A DNA stretch of 64,000 bases from Candidatus Aminicenantes bacterium UBA647 (GTDB taxonomy: Bacteria > Acidobacteriota > Aminicenantia > UBA2199). The notes beneath the pieces were generated by a model, which made no database searches, had not been told where the DNA came from, and was given only the letters and a program-made list of their open reading frames with translations. The stretch covers positions 14,062-78,061 of the forward strand of contig DBOL01000103.1 of assembly GCA_002299555.1 (NCBI GenBank), written 5' to 3'. This document shows, in pieces, positions 47,896 through 56,190 of the stretch. Position numbers and translations under genes: made by a program. How positions within the stretch are numbered: position 1 is the first letter of the stretch; every line of letters begins with the position of its first letter.

Positions 47896-48800
47896 TCCTT
47901 ATTCAGATCCTCATAGTTTTGATAATTTACAAGATCGATCTTTTTATCAATATCTCTCGAAGTCCGCCTTATAAGACCTCCGAGCACTTTGCCGGCTCCC
48001 ACTTCAGCATATTTCTCCATGCCTTTCTCATTCAGCATTTTCAGAACTGCAGAATGCCAAAGCACCGGCCTTGAGACCTGCCTCCTGAGTCCATCCCTCA
48101 CTTTATCCTTGTCGGTAATCTCTTCGACATCAACATTATTAATGATAGGGAATGTTAAATCCCTGAACTCAACATTATCCAGGTCCAATGACAACTTTTC
48201 TTCCGCCGGGAGCATTAATTCGGAATGGAATGGGGCCGAAACAGGAAGCATGACAGACTTCGGTGCATCCAGAACTTCAACAGCATTTTCAACTGCTCCC
48301 TTTTCTCCTGAAATTACTACCTGAGAAGAACTATTCCAATTGGCTATATTTACCACACCAATGATATTTTTCATTTTTTCTCTAACCTGATCGATATCAA
48401 GGCCTATAACAGCAGCCATCGCACCTTTCCCAACCGGTACTGCCGCCTGCATATATTTGCCCCTCTTGTGAACCAGCATTACTGCATCTTCATAATCGAT
48501 CCCGCCTGCACAAAGTACAGCTGAATACTCTCCAAGGCTATGGCCTGCCCCAAGTGCAGGTTCCTGCCCGAGAAGATTGAAAAGAATATAGGAAACCGTA
48601 AGGAGAGCAGGCTGAGTATTGTGTGTTAATTTCAATTCCTCTTCAGGTCCTTCAAAGCATATTTTCATGAAATCATAACCAAGAATTTCATTTGCGAGTT
48701 TAAAAGTTTTTCTCCCCAGATCACTTTTTTCAAACAGGTCTTTTCCCATTCCAACATATTGGGAACCCTGACCGGGGAATAAAAATGCTGTATCGTTCAT
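47892..48800 (-). CDS. fabD: Malonyl-CoA:ACP transacylase
   Basis: FLFPGQGSQYVGMG and GHSLGEYSA. I place the start at 48800 (MNDTAFLFPG) with AAGGAGA upstream. The stop overlaps the hypF stop (TTAA). Confidence 0.93.
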   Translation of the reverse strand: MNDTAFLFPGQGSQYVGMGKDLFEKSDLGRKTFKLANEILGYDFMKICFEGPEEELKLTHNTQPALLTVSYILFNLLGQEPALGAGHSLGEYSAVLCAGGIDYEDAVMLVHKRGKYMQAAVPVGKGAMAAVIGLDIDQVREKMKNIIGVVNIANWNSSSQVVISGEKGAVENAVEVLDAPKSVMLPVSAPFHSELMLPAEEKLSLDLDNVEFRDLTFPIINNVDVEEITDKDKVRDGLRRQVSRPVLWHSAVLKMLNEKGMEKYAEVGAGKVLGGLIRRTSRDIDKKIDLVNYQNYEDLNKD

Positions 48801-48910
48801 AGAATTTGTCTCCTTTCCAGCCGATTTTATCACTAAACCCAAACCCATGCAATTATGTCAATATGGAACTTTTTTGAAATTGTATCGTTTAATATAAATT
48901 GGGGGCTGAT

Positions 48911-49648
48911 ATGAAAACAAAATTAACATTAATTTTTATTCTGATCTTTTTTTCACTGACATTTTTTTCCTTTGGATATAAATATGAAAAAACCATCGAA
49001 AAATCATTTAAAGCAGGTTCAGACTTTATTTTCGAGCTGGAAAATTGTAATGGGAATATTAGTGTAGTTACCTATAAAGGTGACACAATATACGTCAAGG
49101 CTAAAAAGTATTCCAATAAAAAAGAATATTTTGAGAAAACAAAAGTAGTTTTCAACGACAGCGAAGGAAAGCTTAAAATAAATGTTAAAAGACCTTGGAA
49201 GAATTGTAAGGCTACTGTTAAGTTTTATGTCAAGTTACCACACAATATCTCACTTACAGAAATTGAAACGGTAAACGGTAGCATCTCAATTGAAGGTAAA
49301 CTGAAAGATCTTAACGCAGATACGATTAACGGGCGGCTTTCATTTGAAGGCTCTTTTGAAGATGCTGAATTTAAAACAGTGAACGGTAATGTCGGAATTT
49401 ACCTGAACAAAGCGATTGCTGGAGATCTCAGCGTTGAGACTGTCAATGGTTCTGTAAAATTGGAGATCAATAAAGATTCAAGTTTTAACCTTAAAGCAAA
49501 TACTGTAAACGGATCTATCAAAAGTGACTTTAGTCTGTCGAGGACAAAACAATTTATCGGAAGTAAAATGGCCGGCACTATTAATAAAGGCAAATTTGAT
49601 ATAAAGTTGGGAACTGTTAATGGGAGCATTAAAGTTCTCGGAAATTAA
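48911..49648 (+). CDS. DUF4097-like repeat protein (putative adhesin)
   Basis: N-terminal TM/signal (LTLIFILIFFSLTFFSF). Seven copies of a T-[VI]-N-G-[SNR]-[IVL] strand unit (ETVNGSISIEG, DTINGRLSFEG, KTVNGNVGIY, ...). Confidence 0.55.
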   Translation: MKTKLTLIFILIFFSLTFFSFGYKYEKTIEKSFKAGSDFIFELENCNGNISVVTYKGDTIYVKAKKYSNKKEYFEKTKVVFNDSEGKLKINVKRPWKNCKATVKFYVKLPHNISLTEIETVNGSISIEGKLKDLNADTINGRLSFEGSFEDAEFKTVNGNVGIYLNKAIAGDLSVETVNGSVKLEINKDSSFNLKANTVNGSIKSDFSLSRTKQFIGSKMAGTINKGKFDIKLGTVNGSIKVLGN

Positions 49649-49694
49649 AAGAATCCGATAAATAAACCATAACAATACAAATTCTACCGCTGTT

Positions 49695-49703
49695 TGATAT
49701 AAT
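49695..49703 (+). promoter_or_regulatory. Extended -10 element (TGaTATAAT), leaderless configuration for ispG
   Basis: TG at 49695..49696 and TATAAT at 49698..49703. Only 6 nt to the ATG at 49710, with no Shine-Dalgarno. Confidence 0.45.
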
Positions 49704-49709
49704 AGCATT

Positions 49710-50750
49710 ATGAAAAGAGAGGTCTTTGTAGGAAATGTCGGGATTGGTGGTGATCACCCCGTTTCGATCCAGTCAATGACAACCACCGATACCAGTAATG
49801 CTGAGTCCACAATTGATCAGATCAGGCAGCTCTATATTGCAGGATGTGAGATCATCAGAGTTGCCGTACCGGATCAGGATTCCATCTCGCCATTAAAAAA
49901 AATAAAATCCGAATCACCTATTCCTGTCATTGCCGACATCCATTTCAATCCGAACCTTGCTATGGGAGCAATTGATGCCGGAGTGGACGGGATCAGGATC
50001 AATCCCGGAAATATAGGCAGTAAGGAAAAGCTGGGACGTATAATCAAGTCTGCTGCTGACCACAATATCTCGATCCGTATAGGTGTTAATTCGGGATCAA
50101 TCGAGAAAAAATATTTGATCCAGGGAAAAACCAGGGCTGAAATGATGGTCAATTCCGCCCTGGACAAAATAAAATTTTTTGAGGATTCAGATTTTTCAAA
50201 CATTAAACTATCACTGAAATCTTCAGATGTCATGGAGACGATCGATGCATACAGAAAAATTGACAGAGTGTGTGATTACCCCCTCCATCTGGGAATTACA
50301 GAGGCCGGGACATTATTTTCAGGAACTATTAAATCTTCCATAGGAATAGGGAGTCTTCTTGCGGCCGGGATAGGAAATACCATCAGGGTCTCACTCACAG
50401 ACGATCCTATTGAAGAAGTAAAAGTGGCCGTAGAGATCCTTAAAGTATTGGGACTTCGGGAACGTGGAATTGAAGTTGTGTCCTGTCCTACATGTGCCCG
50501 GGTAAGTGTGGATCTTATAAATATCGTAAAAGCATTTGAGGAGAAGCTTGGCAAACTCAAATTGAATAAGAATATAAAGATCGCAATCATGGGGTGTGAA
50601 GTAAATGGTCCGGGGGAAGCTAAAGAGGCAGACATTGGAATTGCTTTTTCAAAAAGTAAAGCTTATCTGTTCAGAAAGGGTAAAATGATCGAAAAGCTTG
50701 ACCCTGCAAATTCACTCGACCGTCTTCTGGAAATCATAAGAAATATCTGA
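49710..50750 (+). CDS. ispG: 4-hydroxy-3-methylbut-2-en-1-yl diphosphate synthase
   Basis: 346 aa. VGNVGIGGDHPVSIQSMT, GVDGIRINPGNIG, and the Fe-S Cys in VSCPTCAR...MGCEVNGPGE. Confidence 0.95.
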   Translation: MKREVFVGNVGIGGDHPVSIQSMTTTDTSNAESTIDQIRQLYIAGCEIIRVAVPDQDSISPLKKIKSESPIPVIADIHFNPNLAMGAIDAGVDGIRINPGNIGSKEKLGRIIKSAADHNISIRIGVNSGSIEKKYLIQGKTRAEMMVNSALDKIKFFEDSDFSNIKLSLKSSDVMETIDAYRKIDRVCDYPLHLGITEAGTLFSGTIKSSIGIGSLLAAGIGNTIRVSLTDDPIEEVKVAVEILKVLGLRERGIEVVSCPTCARVSVDLINIVKAFEEKLGKLKLNKNIKIAIMGCEVNGPGEAKEADIGIAFSKSKAYLFRKGKMIEKLDPANSLDRLLEIIRNI

Positions 50751-50828
50751 CCTTTAATAAAGTTCCCATCTTTTTTCTGACTGAATCCAATGCGATTTCC
50801 CGAAACCCGTTAACTCCGAAATACTTCC

Positions 50829-50857
50829 ATGTAAACGCAAATATTATTGCTTTACAT
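50829..50857 (+). terminator. AT-rich hairpin downstream of ispG (weak terminator candidate)
   Basis: ATGTAAACGCAA-atatta-TTGCTTTACAT forms an 11-bp stem with one bulge. The 3' side is A/T rich but has no clean U tract. Confidence 0.3.
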
Positions 50858-50966
50858 AAATAATATTTGAGCAAAAAAACATTGTTTCCACCATTTTCAC
50901 TTTTGATTTGCAAATATTTCAAAGGGATGCTATACATATCTTCATTACACTGAGAAAGGAGAAACG

Positions 50967-52289
50967 ATGGATACAAGTAAAAACACAACCTGGAAATTTC
51001 CAGCCACATTCTGGATTGCCAATCTGGTAGAATTTTTTGAGAGAGCTGCATACTATGCAGTCTTTATTGCAATAACTCTTTATCTGACAGATGTCGTTGG
51101 ATATAATGATATTTGGGCTGCCTGGATCAGCGGTGGATTTTCAGCCGGGCTATATTTTCTCCCGCCTTTCGCCGGGGCCCTTGCTGACAAGATCGGGTTC
51201 CGGAAAGGAGTTATCCTCGCATTTTCACTTCTCAGTATAGGATATTTATCACTTGGACTCTTCCCCTATAAGCTTAGTGTAATTCCTGCTCTTGTTATTG
51301 TTATGATAGGTGGATCTTTTATTAAATCGATCATTACCGGAACAGTTGCAGTCACAACAAATGAAGAGACAAGAGCAAGAGGTTATTCTCTTTTTTACAT
51401 GGTCGTTAATATAGGTGCTTTTCTCGGCAAGACATTTGCCGCACCCATGAGAATAAACATCGGTATAAAATCAATAAATTTCTTTTCTGCAACAATGACA
51501 GTCTTTGCACTCATCATTGTATATTTTTTTTATAAGAACTCAGATCAGAGGGGCAAGGGAAAATCACTTAAAGAGACATGGGCCGGGTTTATGAAGGTCG
51601 TTTCCAATCTCCGGCTGTTAACACTGATAATTATTGTTACCGGGTTCTGGATGATCCAGCATCAGCTTTATGCAACAATGCCGAAATATGTGATAAGGAC
51701 TGTGGGGGAACACGCAAAGCCTGAATGGATCGCAAATGTAAATCCGGCAATAGTGATGATATTTGTTGTCCTGATAACTCAGTTGATGCGAAAAGTAAGG
51801 GCTGTCACCTCAATGACGATCGGAATGTTTATAATGCCTTTTTCAGCACTCACTATGGCATTAAGCCCGGTTCTTGAATCAGCAACAGGTCAGTCAGTTT
51901 CAATATTCGGGTTATTCACATTGCACCCTATCACTATAATGCTAATTTTTGGTATCATGCTTCAGGGGCTTGCTGAATGTTTTATTTCTCCAAGATATCT
52001 GGAATTCTTTTCACTTCAAGCTCCCAAGGGTGAAGAAGGATTATATCTCGGGTTTAGTCATCTCAATGCTTTCCTTGCTTCGTTTTTCGGATTTGGACTA
52101 TCAGGCTATCTTCTTACAGAATACTGCCCCGATCCCAGATTTCTGACTGCTGCAGAAAAACTCCACGCATATGATAACGCTCATGTGATCTGGTATTATT
52201 TTGCGGCGATAGGAATGATATCGGCTATTGCACTTGTAATATACAACGTTGTTACAACGAGGATCGACAGAAAAAAAGAACTGGAGTAA
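50967..52289 (+). CDS. Proton-dependent oligopeptide transporter (POT/PTR2 family, MFS)
   Basis: 440 aa. The ExxERFxYY-type motif EFFERAAYYAV and PTR2 signature FAGALADKIGFRKG. GAAAGGAGAAA Shine-Dalgarno. Confidence 0.88.
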   Translation: MDTSKNTTWKFPATFWIANLVEFFERAAYYAVFIAITLYLTDVVGYNDIWAAWISGGFSAGLYFLPPFAGALADKIGFRKGVILAFSLLSIGYLSLGLFPYKLSVIPALVIVMIGGSFIKSIITGTVAVTTNEETRARGYSLFYMVVNIGAFLGKTFAAPMRINIGIKSINFFSATMTVFALIIVYFFYKNSDQRGKGKSLKETWAGFMKVVSNLRLLTLIIIVTGFWMIQHQLYATMPKYVIRTVGEHAKPEWIANVNPAIVMIFVVLITQLMRKVRAVTSMTIGMFIMPFSALTMALSPVLESATGQSVSIFGLFTLHPITIMLIFGIMLQGLAECFISPRYLEFFSLQAPKGEEGLYLGFSHLNAFLASFFGFGLSGYLLTEYCPDPRFLTAAEKLHAYDNAHVIWYYFAAIGMISAIALVIYNVVTTRIDRKKELE

Positions 52290-52298
52290 AAGCCTCCT

Positions 52299-53573
52299 TT
52301 ATTGTCCGCCTGATATACCGGCAATCTTTCTCTTAAGACGGGCAAGCCTCTTTTCAAAATCTTTTCGTTGAGTTTCCGATATTTCCGCCAGTTCAAGCCC
52401 TTTCTGAACAAACTCAACGGCTCCTGCAAAGTCTTTTTTTTTGTGTTCCAGATAAATGGACATCTCTCTTAGTGCAAGCTTATCTCCATAACCGGACAAT
52501 ATTTTCCACAACTCTTCGGCTTCTTCGAATAGTTTTCTCTTTTTTTTTATAAGCGCAAGCCTCTTTACTGATTGCGCAATTATCTCATCTCTGACTGCAT
52601 GTTTATTGATTTGGTTATAGAGTTTCTCTGCATCTGAAAATAATCCGGACTTCTCATTCAGGAGTGCCACTCCTAGCATTTCTCCTTCTTCTGAAGTTCT
52701 GGAAATATCATCAATATAGCTGCAGCCCAGGAGGAGCAAAGCTGAAAGGCCTACAATGTCAAGTGCATTATGTTCAACTACTTTTTCGATCATTGAAAAA
52801 TTCCCGGATCTGAGATATTCAAAATATAATCTGGGGATAAGGCTTCCATCTACATCATCATCTCTTGAGATATTCAGAAGTATATCTCCAAGATAACCCA
52901 GCTTTCTTGATTCAAAAGTATTTTTCCATATCATCCTTGCAGGAGGCAGAAAGTCAAGATGAGGATAATCCAGTAGTGGAAATTTTTTCCTGTTCAACAC
53001 ATATCTTGTTTCCATAAGTGGATAATCAAAAGATTTACCGTTGTAAGTAACGACACCTTCTATGTCCAATTCATCAAGAAACCGGTCTACTTCGTCAAGG
53101 AATAATCCTTCTCTTGCAGGATCATTCAGAATAAATATCCGGACCTCAAAGGAGTTTCTGTCAATAAATCCAAACCCGAGCATGAAGGGGATCGTACCAG
53201 TCCCTCCCGAAAGTCCGGTCGTCTCAGTATCAAAATACAATAACTTCAGTGGATCTATTTTTGTAAGTTCAGGATCATTGAAAATTGTTGAAATTGTTGA
53301 TGCTCTTTTTTCATTCCATTCACTAAGCGTAACTTTTCCAAAAATAGAACTCAGGGGATAATTGTAATTTATAACTTCATAATCACTATCAAAATTTATT
53401 TTTTCTCGAGGGCTCTCCTCTTTTTTCTCCAGAGATCGGTTCTTCAAATTTTTGTTGACAAGTTCTTCAAGTTTCAGTTTTGTTGATAGACTTTGTGAAT
53501 CGGATACAGATTCATTCAGATTTATTCTTTTTTTACCAACAATAAAGTCTAATTTTTTCTTAAGATCGCTCAT
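52299..53573 (-). CDS. YprB-like protein: RNase H-like exonuclease fold plus C-terminal TPR (COG3359 type)
   Basis: 424 aa. LLYFDTETTGLSGGTGTIPFMLGF is the DEDD-like first motif. The C-terminal third is helical and TPR-like. Confidence 0.7.
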   Translation of the reverse strand: MSDLKKKLDFIVGKKRINLNESVSDSQSLSTKLKLEELVNKNLKNRSLEKKEESPREKINFDSDYEVINYNYPLSSIFGKVTLSEWNEKRASTISTIFNDPELTKIDPLKLLYFDTETTGLSGGTGTIPFMLGFGFIDRNSFEVRIFILNDPAREGLFLDEVDRFLDELDIEGVVTYNGKSFDYPLMETRYVLNRKKFPLLDYPHLDFLPPARMIWKNTFESRKLGYLGDILLNISRDDDVDGSLIPRLYFEYLRSGNFSMIEKVVEHNALDIVGLSALLLLGCSYIDDISRTSEEGEMLGVALLNEKSGLFSDAEKLYNQINKHAVRDEIIAQSVKRLALIKKKRKLFEEAEELWKILSGYGDKLALREMSIYLEHKKKDFAGAVEFVQKGLELAEISETQRKDFEKRLARLKRKIAGISGGQ

Positions 53574-53647
53574 TTATTTCTAGTATAACAATTTTAACAC
53601 AGGAACAAACATAAATTATAAAACCTGATATAAAACCGGTTGTTGTT

Positions 53648-54574
53648 TTAGTCTATGATGAAATTCATGGGGTTGATCGCTTTACCCATGAAGCGAACTT
53701 CATAGTGAAGATGAGGCGCTGTACTCCGGCCCGTGTTCCCCACAAAACCGATCACCTGCCCTCTTGTAACCCGATCGCCTTCCTTAACATTGAATGCAGC
53801 TAAGTGACCGTATCTGGTTGTATAACCAAAGTTGTGATCAATTATTACCATTTTTCCATAATAATCTCTGAACTCTGCGACAAGAATAACTCCATTTGCA
53901 GGTGCAATAATTTTATTTCCGGATTGAGTTGCAATGTCCTGACCGTAGTGGAAACTCCTTTTTCCTGTAAGAGGATGAATTCTTCTTCCAAAAGAATTTG
54001 TAAGGTACCCTTTTGTCGGCCATATTGATGGTGTTGAGGACAATCTTACTTTTTGCTTGTCAATAACATTCTCAACAAATTGAAGCTCATTCTCCATCTT
54101 TTTTGCAGTAATATTATTGTTTCTCGCTTTCTCGAGAATACCTACTTTCCTTTTAGGTATAGTGATATCCAGACTTTTATCTATAAGTTCAACATCTGAA
54201 GAAATATCTGCTATTGGCCCGCCACCCGTTCCTATCTCCTGCAGAGCTGAAGGCGAGGTGAGTCCTGCTGCAATGAGAATCCTTTTCTTAAAGTTTTCCA
54301 TCTTAGTAAGACTTCTCTGAGCTTTATCAACATTTCTTGTTAGCTCTGTAATAATCTTAGTTTTTCTAACATTTTCCACCTCAAGCCTTCCCATTTTTTG
54401 GCTGTCGATAGACAAAGTGAGGTAATCAAAGATCACGTAACCGAACAAAGCTACAAGCAGAACAACTGCTACAAGTGAATTCCTGATGAATTTTGAAGAT
54501 AAAAACAGCTCTTTATTGGTAGAAGTAGCGTCTGAAACAATTATTATGGAATATGACTTATTCTTTGATCTCAT
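53648..54574 (-). CDS. M23-family metallopeptidase with N-terminal anchor and coiled coil
   Basis: 308 aa. TM (LVAVVLLVALFGYVIF), coiled-coil segment, and the M23 motifs HYGQDIA and GNTGRSTAPHLHYEV. Confidence 0.88.
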   Translation of the reverse strand: MRSKNKSYSIIIVSDATSTNKELFLSSKFIRNSLVAVVLLVALFGYVIFDYLTLSIDSQKMGRLEVENVRKTKIITELTRNVDKAQRSLTKMENFKKRILIAAGLTSPSALQEIGTGGGPIADISSDVELIDKSLDITIPKRKVGILEKARNNNITAKKMENELQFVENVIDKQKVRLSSTPSIWPTKGYLTNSFGRRIHPLTGKRSFHYGQDIATQSGNKIIAPANGVILVAEFRDYYGKMVIIDHNFGYTTRYGHLAAFNVKEGDRVTRGQVIGFVGNTGRSTAPHLHYEVRFMGKAINPMNFIID

Positions 54575-54701
54575 TTTACCTTCGACTTATACATTATAAC
54601 AATGATTAAGTCAAGTTATAGACTACCTTTTCAAAAAAACTTCTCCCTTTTCTTGACATTTTTATCTAAAAAATGTTAAAAGTCTATCTGTAGGGGGGAT
54701 T

Positions 54702-56093
54702 ATGAAAAATTATATCGTACTTGCAGATAACAGTTATACCATCAGAAGAATAGTAGAACTCTCTTTTTCCGATGAAGAAGACATCGAGCTGATAAGTTAT
54801 GAGAACGGTCAGGATATTACCGAGAAGCTTCTTGATCTCAAGCCATCGGTTGTACTTGTTGACATAAAACTTCCCGAGATGAATGGATATGAAGTATGCA
54901 AATTCATCAATGAAAGCGATGACCTGAAGAACACAAAAGTTTTTTTGATCAAGGGGGGCTTTGAACCTGTAGATGAAGAACAACTGAAAGGTCTGAAATA
55001 TGAGGATTTTATAACAAAGCCTTTTGATTCCAAAGCGCTTGTTATCACTATAAAAAGCATTGTGGATGAGCCCAATGCAGAGCCAGAACCGGAACCGGAA
55101 CCAACTGAAACTGTAGACATCCCGTCTTCAATGCCGGAGGAGATCTCTGAAATAAATGATATTATGGACAAATCTGAATCGATTGATTTTTCTGATGTCC
55201 AGAGTGATGGGGGTTCGGAAGGATTTATGGATACAATCGTTGCGCCAGACTCCGAAACTTCCGTAAGAGAAGATGTCCTCCCATCTGAAGAGATAACCCA
55301 GGGATCAGGGATTGGCGAAAGTGAAGACAAACTGTTACCAGAGGAAGTTGAGGAGATTTCAAACCCTTTTGAAGACTCCGCCCAAAAATCTCCGGAGATG
55401 GCTTCTACTACTGACGAAGAAGCCGTCATAAAAGAAAATATCCGGATCCAGGAAGAAGAACTTGAGATTGACTCTCTTACAATGGAGGAGATCGATATTC
55501 AGAAGAATATCGCTCAGCAAAAAGGGATAGACCCTGAAACATCCTCCCTTCCAACAGAGCAGATATCAACTGAACCCCCACCGGAACCAGAAGTCGCTAC
55601 CGAAGAAAAAACAACTGATGATGATGAAAAAGATCAACTTGATCCATCTTTAAGCAACATAGACTCTTCGGATCTTGAAAATGTTTTTTCCATTAACAAA
55701 ACTGATATTGAAAGCAATTCTATATCTGATCCTGAGAGTATTGCAGATCAGGAATTAGAAATCCCGGAGGCAGAAACCAAGGAAGAAACAAAAGAGAAGT
55801 CTGAAGAAATAAAGCAGGTGCTTGAAAAACTTGAGAGCGAAAGTCAGGACAAAAGTAAACCGGCAGGCATAGAAGAAGAAACAGCAGAGAAGATAAGTGA
55901 AAATGGTCTGGCTAATCAATTGGCAAGCCTGACCAACCTTAAGGATAGTAATAAAATTGTGGAGAAAATAGAGGACAAATTGACAATTTCCATAAAGGAA
56001 ATCTTGTGGGAGATAGTCCCGCCTCTGGCTGAAAAAATAATAAAAGGTGAGATAGACAAATTAAAGAGTGATATAGAAAAAGAGTATAAATAG
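54702..56093 (+). CDS. Response-regulator receiver protein with a long acidic low-complexity region and conserved C-terminal helix (RomR-like architecture)
   Basis: 463 aa. Receiver domain (VLADNSYTIRR...VLVDIKLPEMNG...ITKPF), then about 280 aa rich in E/D/S/T/P including AEPEPEPEPTE (55079..55106). C-terminal amphipathic segment ILWEIVPPLAEKIIKGEIDKLK. Confidence 0.8.
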   Translation: MKNYIVLADNSYTIRRIVELSFSDEEDIELISYENGQDITEKLLDLKPSVVLVDIKLPEMNGYEVCKFINESDDLKNTKVFLIKGGFEPVDEEQLKGLKYEDFITKPFDSKALVITIKSIVDEPNAEPEPEPEPTETVDIPSSMPEEISEINDIMDKSESIDFSDVQSDGGSEGFMDTIVAPDSETSVREDVLPSEEITQGSGIGESEDKLLPEEVEEISNPFEDSAQKSPEMASTTDEEAVIKENIRIQEEELEIDSLTMEEIDIQKNIAQQKGIDPETSSLPTEQISTEPPPEPEVATEEKTTDDDEKDQLDPSLSNIDSSDLENVFSINKTDIESNSISDPESIADQELEIPEAETKEETKEKSEEIKQVLEKLESESQDKSKPAGIEEETAEKISENGLANQLASLTNLKDSNKIVEKIEDKLTISIKEILWEIVPPLAEKIIKGEIDKLKSDIEKEYK

Positions 56094-56190
56094 AACTTCG
56101 CTCTTTTTCCCGACTTCCCTCGATTTAAGCAATAGAGAAGACTATTAAGAATTTTATGAATAAATTAGCATTGATCGGAGAAGAGAACTA

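Noticed and set aside
50734-51051. 105-aa minus-strand ORF across the ispG-POT intergenic region
   Set aside because: It overlaps the ispG stop and the POT start, and its translation looks non-protein-like. The region is better explained as the ispG 3' hairpin plus the POT promoter and GGAG ribosome-binding site.
56094-56190. Possible T-box or other leader upstream of valS
   Set aside because: The gap is only 97 nt, too short for a T-box. I see no specifier-loop or T-box sequence or terminator/antiterminator pair, only a GGAGAAGAG ribosome-binding site.
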